Of a stretch of DNA of 25,191 bases, positions 9,338 to 18,077 are shown one piece after another. Source of the DNA: a virus (lineage: Duplodnaviria; Heunggongvirae; Uroviricota; Caudoviricetes). A program made the translations under genes and the position numbers. The DNA lies in IMG/VR virus record IMGVR_UViG_2778261276_000008, positions 1-25,191 of that record. One strand, written 5' to 3'. The notes beneath the pieces are model-generated. The model saw only the letters and a program-made list of their open reading frames with translations. It did no database searches and was not told the DNA's origin. Position 1 is the stretch's first letter. Each line of letters begins with the position of its first letter.

Positions 9338-9649
9338 GGAAACTCCTTTTATTGGTGTTTGCTATTTGAATAAAAATACGCCAAACAGAGTATTAACTGT
9401 GAATATGGAAAGAATCGTTGTAAGTACCCCGCTTAGGTGTCCCATTCTATTTTAGAGGTTCTCGTGCATATGGATTATGTTATCTGAAAGTTAACTTCCG
9501 CTTCCCGTTCACAGCGAACATTCATCTTTGTAAACCCGTATGATCCGTTTTTCAAGTGGCCATTCAGATACGGATTTTCACTTCCTTGACAGTGCATGAC
9601 TATGCTGCATGAAATCGCATGATCGATTGAGGATCGTCTTTGCTCAGAT

Positions 9650-9671
9650 CCGCCAGAACTGGCGGGCTTTT
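9650..9671 (+). terminator. Intrinsic-terminator-like hairpin (CCGCCAG-AA-CTGGCGG followed by GCTTTTG)
   Basis: Perfect 7-bp inverted repeat followed by a T-tract on the plus strand. Confidence 0.4.
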
Positions 9672-9716
9672 GCTCATGTCATGCATGTGCATGAAAACCA
9701 CTGCATAAAGCGGGCA

Positions 9717-9736
9717 GGCGTGGCGGGGATACGAGC
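9717..9736. other. Candidate cos cohesive-end sequence (GGCGTGGCGGGGATACGAGC)
   Basis: First 13 nt match the P2/186 cohesive end as I recall it (P2: GGCGAGGCGGGGAAAGCAC). The 3' part diverges. Lies in a GC-rich island inside an AT-rich region, upstream of the portal gene. Confidence 0.35.
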
Positions 9737-9811
9737 GCGCGGAAGCAGTTTCACATGTAATTCGATTGGTGTAATCTAAACTACAACTTAAGAAAAGAGA
9801 ATGAGTAAACC

Positions 9812-11551
9812 ATGGAATTGCACGCATATACTAGAACCATATCAGAATTACTTTCGGTTAATAGAAAATATGTTGTCCCAAGATTTCAGCGAGAATATTC
9901 TTGGGTAAAAGAACAAATTAATGAGCTTTGGTATGATGTAATATCTAATATCAAATTAGAGAATGATTTCACATATTCTAATAATGAGTATTTTATTGGT
10001 TCTTTAGTTTTAGTTGGAGATGAAACAGGAAGGGAAATGCAAATAGTTGATGGTCAGCAACGACTTACAACTCTTACGATTTTTCTTTCCGTTTTATGTG
10101 AGGCGTTCAAGCTAAACAATCAATCAGATTTAGCATCTGCTCTATTTGAAAATTATATTGAAGGTCGTGATGATGATGGTAAGAAATTTTTTAAGCTAAT
10201 AAATGAAACACCTAAGCCTTTTTTTCAGAAAAATATCCAACACCTTAATAAGGCAGATGACGCACCCCAGACACAAGAGGAGCGAAATCTCTTGTCTGCA
10301 TATAAGGAAATTACATCGTTAGCCTCAAAGGAAAAATTGGGAAAGTATTTTTCAGTCGAAATTAATACTGAAGATAATTATTCCAGTGTATTAAAAGCAA
10401 TTAGGGATCAGATTTTAAGATTTCTTAAGATAATTTTTATTACTGTTAATGAAGAGGACGAGGCGTATACAATATTTGAAACATTAAATGCGAGAGGGAT
10501 GAATTTAAGTTTTGTAGATCTAATTAAAAATAAATTATTTAAAGCGTTAAACAACCCTCATCCAAATGATGATGCAAAAGATAATTGGAAGGCTATACGT
10601 ACTACTTTAATGCAAAGAAATGGTGTAGGGACTTTTGAAAATTTCATGAGGCACTGGTGGGTGTCGAAGTATGCTTACGTAAGCAATGAAAATCTTTATA
10701 AGTCCTTTATTGGAAAATGGCGTAAGGGGGAAATTAATCCGGTAACCTTTATTGAAGAATTGAAACAGGATGCCGAATTGTATGTACGCTTGTCATCTCC
10801 TTTGGAGAGTGATTATCCACAAATGGAAGATAAACAGATATTCCATTCGTTGAATGCAATTAGGCTATTTGGTATAACGCAGTGTAGACCTTTTTTATTA
10901 GCTTTACTAAAGGCAAAACAGCAAAGGAGATTGCGTCAATGTGATCTTTTAAAAGCAGTTAAATATATTGAAAATTTTCATTTTGTATTTAATGCGATAT
11001 GTTCATTAAGGCCGTCAGGGATAGAAGGTGCATATTCTAAGGCCGCAAGAGCAATAAATTCACCAAATGCTACAAAAGTAACTAATGGTACAACAATTGA
11101 ACAGTTATGCTTGTTGTTGAGTAACCGCAAGCCAGAAATTTCTGTATTCACTGAAAATTTCAGAGATATATTATTTACTGATGACAACTCCAAGCAAAAA
11201 AGATTGGTCCAATATATTATAAATAAATTTGAAATGGCCCGTCATAATGGAGATGAGTATCGTCCTAATTCTATTTCTTTAGAGCATATAATGCCTCAAA
11301 GTGCTGGCAACGATAAGGAAATAGGAATGATTGGAAATATAATCCCTCTGTCAAAAGAACTTAATGAGCAAGCTGGTAATAAATCATTGGCACAAAAGCT
11401 CTCTATCTATTCACAATCGGAGTTTAGATTGACGGAAGAGTTTATTAGTGAACTTGAAACCATTTACCATAATGAATGGAATCTCCAGTCTATTATTCAG
11501 AAGACAGATAGAATGGCTGGTGAGGCTTATATGAATATTTGGAGTCATTAA
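9812..11551 (+). CDS. DUF262/DUF1524 (GmrSD-like) putative type IV restriction / anti-phage nuclease, 579 aa
   Basis: N-terminal DUF262 hallmarks (RFQREYSW at about aa 23-31, DGQQRLTTL at aa 80-88). C-terminal His-Me-finger-like SLEHIMPQS (His about 492) followed by Asn residues. AT-rich single gene. Confidence 0.75.
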   Translation: MELHAYTRTISELLSVNRKYVVPRFQREYSWVKEQINELWYDVISNIKLENDFTYSNNEYFIGSLVLVGDETGREMQIVDGQQRLTTLTIFLSVLCEAFKLNNQSDLASALFENYIEGRDDDGKKFFKLINETPKPFFQKNIQHLNKADDAPQTQEERNLLSAYKEITSLASKEKLGKYFSVEINTEDNYSSVLKAIRDQILRFLKIIFITVNEEDEAYTIFETLNARGMNLSFVDLIKNKLFKALNNPHPNDDAKDNWKAIRTTLMQRNGVGTFENFMRHWWVSKYAYVSNENLYKSFIGKWRKGEINPVTFIEELKQDAELYVRLSSPLESDYPQMEDKQIFHSLNAIRLFGITQCRPFLLALLKAKQQRRLRQCDLLKAVKYIENFHFVFNAICSLRPSGIEGAYSKAARAINSPNATKVTNGTTIEQLCLLLSNRKPEISVFTENFRDILFTDDNSKQKRLVQYIINKFEMARHNGDEYRPNSISLEHIMPQSAGNDKEIGMIGNIIPLSKELNEQAGNKSLAQKLSIYSQSEFRLTEEFISELETIYHNEWNLQSIIQKTDRMAGEAYMNIWSH

Positions 11552-11556
11552 TAGTT

Positions 11557-11589
11557 GAATGCCCTATTATTATATCAGTAATAGGGCAT
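11557..11589. terminator. Bidirectional-terminator-like hairpin between the convergent GmrSD-like and portal genes
   Basis: 12-bp perfect stem (AATGCCCTATTA / TAATAGGGCATT) with a 9-nt loop. Confidence 0.45.
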
Positions 11590-11595
11590 TTGAAA

Positions 11596-12627
11596 TTACT
11601 CCAACACGTAATTGCCAAATGAAATTATTGGCTCCCCAATCCATTTGTTTAATTCGCATATGAGTTTTTGTAAGGGAATTAACTCGTTTCTTACAAATAC
11701 CTTACTAGCTTTCTCTACATCCCCAAATCCCCCGACATTATTTGGCATTATCCCCATCATTTGCGGCGGCACTCGGTGTGCTGCCATCATGTCATCGCGG
11801 CTGACATTTTTGATATTCAGAAACTCATCCTTTGCCGCAACTTCTGACAAAGGGATGATCTGAAGGCCGTCCTTTTTGCCGTTAGGCGAGTACATAAACA
11901 GGTTGCGGAAGTTGCCTGGACCTTTGGCGCTTTTCATCGCGTTGCGGAGGTTGTTCACATCCTCCTGATTCTGCGCGGCGTCGGTCATGTACATGATGAA
12001 GCCTGCATGGCTGCCGTTGATGTAATACTTACGGCGGAATAGCGTGGCGGATTCGTTGAGCAGGGCGGATGGAATGGCAGAAAGATAGCCGGGCAGGCCG
12101 TAGATCTCCTGGTTGATGTCCGGTTCCATCAGATGAAAAATGCTGCCTTTCGTGAACTGATACGGTTGGGTTGTCATACCGTATTGCACAAACCAGTAGG
12201 TATCCAGGTCTAACCCGCGTCGGGTGTATTTTGCCAGCGCAGGCTCAAGGGCGATAACTTCACCGAATCGGTTCGTGCGTTTCTCCAGGTAGGCGTTACC
12301 AAATACCAGATAGTCCTGCACAAAACGCGAAAAAGCCTGCTGGCTGAGCAGCGGGTGAGGGATGTAGGTGCTGGTCAGAATGTTGCACTTCACTGCAATC
12401 GGTGAGCTGTGATGCACGGCGGCGCGGAAGGTTCGCGCCAGTCCGTCGAAACTCACAGGCGGCTCATACCAACGATCCATCTGTACGCATTCCACATAGT
12501 CCAGCAGTTCGCGGCGGTCCAGAACAGGAACGGGATCACCGAAGCTGAATGCTTCGGCTGAAGTCTGGCTTTGATGCTGGATCTGTTTCGTCGACGCAGC
12601 GCGGTTCTTCTTACTCTTTCCCATCAA
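11596..12627 (-). CDS. Q: Portal protein (P2 gpQ family), 343 aa
   Basis: Size and position match P2 gpQ. Start overlaps the terminase stop (ATGA coupling). Confidence 0.85.
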   Translation of the reverse strand: MMGKSKKNRAASTKQIQHQSQTSAEAFSFGDPVPVLDRRELLDYVECVQMDRWYEPPVSFDGLARTFRAAVHHSSPIAVKCNILTSTYIPHPLLSQQAFSRFVQDYLVFGNAYLEKRTNRFGEVIALEPALAKYTRRGLDLDTYWFVQYGMTTQPYQFTKGSIFHLMEPDINQEIYGLPGYLSAIPSALLNESATLFRRKYYINGSHAGFIMYMTDAAQNQEDVNNLRNAMKSAKGPGNFRNLFMYSPNGKKDGLQIIPLSEVAAKDEFLNIKNVSRDDMMAAHRVPPQMMGIMPNNVGGFGDVEKASKVFVRNELIPLQKLICELNKWIGEPIISFGNYVLE

Positions 12628-14390
12628 AAAATCTCCACAATATTGCTGGTATTGGCGGACTCGCCCTGCAGTGGTTCGTTAAACAGTGCGTGCATTGTTG
12701 CCCAGGCCAGATCGGCGTGGCTGGCTTCTTCGCTGCGGCTGGCTTCATAGGTTGGGCGGTTGCCGCTGGCGGTGGTGGCGCGACGGATTGCCATAAATGA
12801 CTGCGCTATGTCGGTGTGTCCGGCGTCAAACTCCAGACGACGGTGACTGATAATGTCGTAGGCTTTGAGTACCAGGGCGTTTTTAACGTTGGGGTTGTAG
12901 ACAAACTCCCGGACGGCAGGAAAGAACGCTTTCACGTTCTCGTAAACCCCGTGACCGACACCTGTTGAGTCGATGCCGATATAGGTCACGTTGTACTGTT
13001 CGGTCAGTTTTTTGATGGCGTCAGCCTGGGCGCGGAAGTCCATCCCGCGCCACTGGTGACGCTCAAGAATGCGAAACTTACCGCCTGGCACGGCTGGCGG
13101 TGCCACCACCACGCATCCGGCGCTGTCGCCGTTCTGCGTACCTTTTGCCGGGTCATAACCGATCCACACCTCGCGCCAGCCAAACGGGCGCAGGGCCAGT
13201 GCATGAAAGTCGGTCCAGACTTCCCAACTGTCCACCATGCACGCCTGCAGTTCGCTGAGCGGGAACACGGACGCGAGATCGTCCACGAACTCGCACATCA
13301 GCAGGTTCTGGTATTCGTCCGGGCTGTACTCCATGCGTAGCTGGTCGAGGTCGAACAGGTTACAGCCGCCGCGCACCGCATCTTCCACGGTGACTATCTG
13401 GCGGTATTGCCCGTCTGCGCACAGCAGGCCGGGGGCCAGATTGCTGTGGGACAGGTCGATGTCCACCTTGTCGGCTTTGTTGCGTCCACGGTTGAACAGC
13501 GCACCGGACCAGAACGGATAAGCACTGTGGGTCAGGCTGGATGGCGTGGAAAAATAGGTTTGTCGCCATTTTTTGTGAATAGCCATACCGGAAGCCACTT
13601 TACGCAGCTCCTGAAATTTCGGTATCCAGAAATATTCATCCAGATACAGGTTGCCGTGATAACTCTGGGCAGTGCGGGCATTGGTGCCGAGGAAGTAAAG
13701 CGTGGCACCGTTAGGAAGCACCATCGGATCACCTTTCAGCTCCACCTCCACTTCTTTGGCGAAGTCGATGATGTACTGCTTAAAGACGTGGGCCTGTGCC
13801 TTGCTGGCGGAAAGGAATATCTGGTTACGTCCGGTCAGCAGGGCGTCAATCAGGGCTTCACGGGCAAAATAGAAGGTTGCGCCGATCTGGCGTGACTTCA
13901 GCAGGTTGCGGATGCGGTTGGTTTTTCCGGCTTCCCACCAGTGGCGCTGGTAGTTGAACATGGAGGAATGGAAGATTTCTTCCAGCTTCTCAATCTGTTC
14001 ATCGGTGAAAACATTCTTTTCCGGCTGACGGCGTGGGCCTTTGTTGCGGTTGGCGACGTTAGGGTTTAAGTCGGCTTCGTTGCCGCCATTGTTAAACTTG
14101 CCGATCCGCGCGTGGCGCTCCGACTGGCGCGCCAGCAGGTCAATCTCTTTGAAATCTTTCCCTTCTTTGTGCTCCTTCATAATGAGCTGGCAGTAGCGTG
14201 CGGCGGTGGTGAGCTGCATCTGATCCAGCGGCCCATAGTCACCCCACTTGTCGCGTTTTTTCCAGCTGTGAACAGTTGCAACTTTCTCGCCCAGCATTTC
14301 AGCAATGCGGGCGACGCGGTATCCCTGAAAGTACAGCAGCATGGCCTGCCGACGGGGATCGAGATCTGCGGGTGTCAGTGTGGTGTTCAT
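12624..14390 (-). CDS. P: Terminase large subunit / ATPase (P2 gpP family), 588 aa
   Basis: Size and position match P2 gpP. Divergent from the capsid operon, as in P2. Confidence 0.85.
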   Translation of the reverse strand: MNTTLTPADLDPRRQAMLLYFQGYRVARIAEMLGEKVATVHSWKKRDKWGDYGPLDQMQLTTAARYCQLIMKEHKEGKDFKEIDLLARQSERHARIGKFNNGGNEADLNPNVANRNKGPRRQPEKNVFTDEQIEKLEEIFHSSMFNYQRHWWEAGKTNRIRNLLKSRQIGATFYFAREALIDALLTGRNQIFLSASKAQAHVFKQYIIDFAKEVEVELKGDPMVLPNGATLYFLGTNARTAQSYHGNLYLDEYFWIPKFQELRKVASGMAIHKKWRQTYFSTPSSLTHSAYPFWSGALFNRGRNKADKVDIDLSHSNLAPGLLCADGQYRQIVTVEDAVRGGCNLFDLDQLRMEYSPDEYQNLLMCEFVDDLASVFPLSELQACMVDSWEVWTDFHALALRPFGWREVWIGYDPAKGTQNGDSAGCVVVAPPAVPGGKFRILERHQWRGMDFRAQADAIKKLTEQYNVTYIGIDSTGVGHGVYENVKAFFPAVREFVYNPNVKNALVLKAYDIISHRRLEFDAGHTDIAQSFMAIRRATTASGNRPTYEASRSEEASHADLAWATMHALFNEPLQGESANTSNIVEIF

Positions 14391-14436
14391 GGCACAAACC
14401 TACAGCCTTGAATGAAGGCTTTCCCCGCCTGCGGTT

Positions 14437-14454
14437 TGTGTGGTTGTCGGTACA
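14437..14454. promoter_or_regulatory. Ogr/Delta-type activator binding dyad (TGT-N12-ACA) in the late promoter region
   Basis: TGTGTGGTTGTCGGTACA in the P-O divergent intergenic region, centred about 88 bp upstream of the O start codon. Confidence 0.5.
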
Positions 14455-14532
14455 AATACCGCGCATTGTTTCACTGCCCCCATCACCGCAACCATAAGGC
14501 TCCAGTAAGTTTTTTCTAACGGAGCACGGCTC

Positions 14533-15366
14533 ATGACAGTGAAAGCAAAGCGTTTTCGCATCGGGGTGGAAGGTGCCACCACCGACGGACGCGAAATCCA
14601 GCGTGAATGGCTGGAACAGATGGCAGCCAGCTACAACCCGGCGGTGTATACCGCGCTGATTAACCTTGAGCACATCAAGTCTTATCTGCCGGACAGCACC
14701 TTTAACCGCTACGGCAAGGTGACGGCGCTGTTTGCTGAAGAAATCACGGAAGGTCCGCTGGCAGGCAAGATGGCGCTGTATGCCGACGTTGAGCCAACGG
14801 AATCCCTGGTGGAACTGGTGAAAAAAGGCCAGAAATTATTCACCTCTATGGAAGTCAGCCCGAAGTTTGCTGATACGGGCAAAGCCTACCTGGTCGGCCT
14901 GGCTGCCACTGATGACCCTGCCAGTCTGGGCACTGAAATGCTGACATTCAGCGCCAGTGCAGCCCATAACCCGCTGGCAAACCGCAAGCAGAATCCCGCC
15001 AATCTCTTTACCGCCGCAGAGGAAACGGTGATCGAACTGGAAGAAATCCAGGAGGACAAGCCGTCCCTGTTTGCCCGCGTCACGGCACTGTTCACCAAAA
15101 AAGAGCAGTCCGACGATGCCCGGTTCTCTGATGTGCATAAGGCCGTGGAGTTGGTCGCCACTGAGCAGCAAAACCTGAGCGCACGCACCGAAAAATCCCT
15201 GTCTGAGCAGGAAGAACGTCTGTCTGAGCTGGAGACTGCCCTGCAGGCACAGCAGACCGCCTTTAACGAACTGGTGAATAAGCTGAGTCATGAAGACAGC
15301 CGCCAGGACTACCGCCAGCGTGCAACAGGCGGTAACGCCCCCGCTGACACTCTGACCAATTGCTGA
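14533..15366 (+). CDS. O: Capsid scaffolding protein (P2 gpO family), 277 aa
   Basis: Position and size match. GGAG SD upstream. Confidence 0.85.
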   Translation: MTVKAKRFRIGVEGATTDGREIQREWLEQMAASYNPAVYTALINLEHIKSYLPDSTFNRYGKVTALFAEEITEGPLAGKMALYADVEPTESLVELVKKGQKLFTSMEVSPKFADTGKAYLVGLAATDDPASLGTEMLTFSASAAHNPLANRKQNPANLFTAAEETVIELEEIQEDKPSLFARVTALFTKKEQSDDARFSDVHKAVELVATEQQNLSARTEKSLSEQEERLSELETALQAQQTAFNELVNKLSHEDSRQDYRQRATGGNAPADTLTNC

Positions 15367-15382
15367 TGGAGCACAAAACCCG

Positions 15383-16441
15383 ATGAAGAAGAATACCCGC
15401 TTTGCTTTTAACGCTTACCTGCAGCAGCTGGCGCGTCTGAACGGTGTGGCCGTTGAAGAACTGTCCAGCAAGTTCACTGTAGAGCCGTCTGTGCAGCAGA
15501 CGCTGGAAGATCAGATCCAGCAGTCCGCCGCATTCCTGACGCTGATTAACGTCACGCCAGTGACTGAGCAGTCTGGTCAGTTGCTGGGGCTGGGTGTTGG
15601 CAGCACCATTGCCGGAACCACTGATACCACAGCTAAAGAGCGTGAGCCTGTCGATCCGACGCTGATGGTCGATGTGGAATATAAATGCGAGCAGACTAAC
15701 TTTGACACGGTGCTGACCTACGCGAAGCTGGACCTGTGGGCGAAGTTTCAGGATTTCCAGGTGCGTATCCGTGACGCCATCGTAAAACGTCAGGCACTGG
15801 ACCGCATCATGATCGGCTTTAACGGCGTGAAGCGTGCGAAAACCTCCAACCGTAGCGAAAACCCGCTGCTGCAGGATGTGAACAAAGGCTGGCTGCAGAA
15901 AATCCGTGAAGATGCACCGGATCACGTCATGGGCAGCACCACCACGGGCGGTGAAACCACACCGGGTGCGGTGAAAGTCGGTAAAGGTGGCGAATATGCC
16001 AACCTGGACGCAGTGGTGATGGATGCCGTCAATGAGCTTATCGACGTGGTCTACCAGGACGATGACGATCTGGTGGTGATTTGCGGTCGTGAACTGCTGT
16101 CTGACAAGTATTTCCCGCTGGTCAACAAAGAGCAGGAAAACAGTGAAAAACTGGCTGCCGATATGATCATCAGCCAGAAACGCATGGGTGGCCTGCAGGC
16201 CGTGCGTGCGCCGTTCTTCCCGCCGAATGCGCTGCTGATCACCCGTCTGGATAACCTGTCCATCTACTGGCAGGAAGACACCCGCCGCCGTTCAGTTATC
16301 GACAACCCGAAACGTGACCGGATTGAAAACTTTGAATCCGTTAACGAAGCCTATGTGGTTGAGGACTACCGCTGCGCCGCACTGGTGGAAAACATCCAGA
16401 TTGGTGACTTCAGCGCCGCCGCAGCAGAAACCGGAGCGTAA
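15383..16441 (+). CDS. N: Major capsid protein (P2 gpN family), 352 aa
   Basis: Position and size (P2 gpN is about 357 aa) match. Confidence 0.9.
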   Translation: MKKNTRFAFNAYLQQLARLNGVAVEELSSKFTVEPSVQQTLEDQIQQSAAFLTLINVTPVTEQSGQLLGLGVGSTIAGTTDTTAKEREPVDPTLMVDVEYKCEQTNFDTVLTYAKLDLWAKFQDFQVRIRDAIVKRQALDRIMIGFNGVKRAKTSNRSENPLLQDVNKGWLQKIREDAPDHVMGSTTTGGETTPGAVKVGKGGEYANLDAVVMDAVNELIDVVYQDDDDLVVICGRELLSDKYFPLVNKEQENSEKLAADMIISQKRMGGLQAVRAPFFPPNALLITRLDNLSIYWQEDTRRRSVIDNPKRDRIENFESVNEAYVVEDYRCAALVENIQIGDFSAAAAETGA

Positions 16442-16444
16442 TTC

Positions 16445-17095
16445 ATGAGCCTGAGTCCCGCACGGCAGCATCGCCTGCGCGTTCAGGCTGAACAGGCCGC
16501 TCGCGAGGGTGGCAGTGTTCGCCACGCGTCGGGCTATGACCTGATGCTGCTGCAACTGGCGGAAGACCGCCGCCGTCTCAAGGGCGTTCAGTCCACGGTC
16601 AAAAAAGCGGAAATCAAGGTGGAGCTGCTGCCGAAGTACGCCGCCTGGGCGGAGGGCGTCCTGGCTGCCGGAGGCGCTCAACAGGATGACGTGCTGATGT
16701 ACGTGATGCTGTGGCGCATTGATGCCGGAGATTATGCCGGGGCGCTGGAGATCGGGCGTCATGCCCTGCGTCATGGCTGGGTGATGCCGCTGGGTAACCG
16801 CAACGTGCAGACCGTGCTGGCAGAGGAAATGGCAGATGCAGCGCAGAGTGCAATGCTTGCCGCCACCGACTTTGATGCCGATCTGTTGCTGCAGACGCTG
16901 GAGCTGACAGACGGTCTGGATATGCCGGACCAGTCACGGGCGCGTCTGCATAAAGCGATTGGCGCTGTCCTGAGTGAAAGCAATCCGGCTTCCGCCCTTA
17001 ATCATCTCAACCATGCGTTACAGCTCGATCCCCGCTGTGGCGTGAAAAAAGACAAACAGCAGCTGGAGCGCAGACTGCGCAATGACAGCCGCTGA
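16445..17095 (+). CDS. M: Terminase small (endonuclease) subunit (P2 gpM family), 216 aa
   Basis: Position after N. Arg-rich N-terminal region. Confidence 0.8.
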   Translation: MSLSPARQHRLRVQAEQAAREGGSVRHASGYDLMLLQLAEDRRRLKGVQSTVKKAEIKVELLPKYAAWAEGVLAAGGAQQDDVLMYVMLWRIDAGDYAGALEIGRHALRHGWVMPLGNRNVQTVLAEEMADAAQSAMLAATDFDADLLLQTLELTDGLDMPDQSRARLHKAIGAVLSESNPASALNHLNHALQLDPRCGVKKDKQQLERRLRNDSR

Positions 17096-17190
17096 CAGAA
17101 CGTGCCCCCGCGCACGGGCGGCACGGGGTGGCGAAAGGCACTGCCACATCAAAATCCCGTCCACCGCCCTCTATTTCAGGAGAAAGCAGC

Positions 17191-17655
17191 ATGAAGTTTG
17201 TTGCGCCAGAACAGGCACCGGAACAGGCGGAAATCATCAGAAATACGCCGTTCTGGCCTGATGTGGACCTGTCGGAGTTTCGCTGTGTCATGCGCACTGA
17301 CGGCACGGTGACGCAGCCGCGTTTAAAGCAGGTTGCGCTGTCGGCAATTTCGGAGGTCAACGCAGAGCTGTATGAGTTTCGCAGACGTCAGCAGATGCTG
17401 GGATATGCCTCGCTGGCAGAGGTTCCGGCGGAACAGCTGGACGGCAAAAGTGAGCGCATTCATCACTATTTCAACGCGGTTTACTGCTGGGCACGCGCCA
17501 TGCTCAACGAGCGTTATCAGGACTATGACGCCACGGCATCCGGTGTGAAGCGGGGCGAGGAACTGGCGGAAGCAAGCGGTGATTTGTGGCGTGACGCCCG
17601 CTGGGCCATCAGCCGGGTGCAGGATGCGCCGCACTGCACAGTGGAGCTTATCTGA
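17191..17655 (+). CDS. L: Head completion/stabilisation protein (P2 gpL family)
   Basis: ATG at 17191 has an AGGAG SD. The ORF track's upstream extension from 17128 has no SD. Position after M. Confidence 0.75.
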   Translation: MKFVAPEQAPEQAEIIRNTPFWPDVDLSEFRCVMRTDGTVTQPRLKQVALSAISEVNAELYEFRRRQQMLGYASLAEVPAEQLDGKSERIHHYFNAVYCWARAMLNERYQDYDATASGVKRGEELAEASGDLWRDARWAISRVQDAPHCTVELI

Positions 17656-17858
17656 TGAAAGTGCGTGCGCATCAGTATGACACGGTGGACGCGCTTTGCT
17701 GGCGTCATTACGGGCGCACGCAGGGTGTCACGGAGCAGGTACTGAAGGCAAATCCGGGGCTTGCCGAATACGGCCCCTTTTTACCTCACGGGCTGCAGGT
17801 GGAGCTGCCGGACATTCCGACAACCACCACCGTGCAGACCGTCCAGCTATGGGACTGA
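17655..17858 (+). CDS. X: Tail protein X (P2 gpX family), 67 aa
   Basis: 67 aa, the same length as P2 gpX. ATGA coupling with L. Confidence 0.8.
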   Translation: MKVRAHQYDTVDALCWRHYGRTQGVTEQVLKANPGLAEYGPFLPHGLQVELPDIPTTTTVQTVQLWD

Positions 17859-17861
17859 ATT

Positions 17862-18077
17862 ATGACGCTTGAGCGAATCAGCGCCTTTATCACGTATTGC
17901 ATCGCCGTCGTGCTGGCCTGGCTGGGCGATTTGTCCATCAAGGATGCCTCAACGCTGGGCGGCCTGATGATTGGTGTACTGATGCTGGCTATCAACTGGT
18001 ACTACAAACACAAAGCCTACCAGCTTCTGCGCGACGGGCAGATCTCGCGGGAGGACTATGAATCCATCAATCGTTAA
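17862..18077 (+). CDS. Holin, 71 aa, two hydrophobic helices
   Basis: Two predicted TM segments with a charged C-terminus, immediately upstream of and overlapping the endolysin gene. Confidence 0.65.
   Translation: MTLERISAFITYCIAVVLAWLGDLSIKDASTLGGLMIGVLMLAINWYYKHKAYQLLRDGQISREDYESINR

Noticed and set aside
9600-9827. 75-aa minus-strand ORF across the GC-rich cos-like island
   Set aside because: Overlaps the putative cos and terminator hairpin, lacks an SD and has an odd composition. More likely non-coding regulatory or packaging sequence.
13407-13895. Plus-strand ORFs inside the terminase gene (also 13056..13340, 13237..13521, 14112..14411)
   Set aside because: Overlap the well-supported minus-strand gpP gene, with no ribosome-binding sites. 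Artefacts of GC-rich sequence.
14836-16774. Minus-strand ORFs of 100-220 aa overlapping capsid genes O, N and M (14836..15291, 15263..15925, 16292..16774)
   Set aside because: Antisense to conserved structural genes, with Arg/Gly/Gln-rich low-complexity translations and no start context.
17128-17190. Upstream extension of gene L from ATG 17128 (ORF-track start)
   Set aside because: ATG at 17191 has an AGGAG SD and removes an unconserved-looking basic N-terminal extension that overlaps the GC hairpin.
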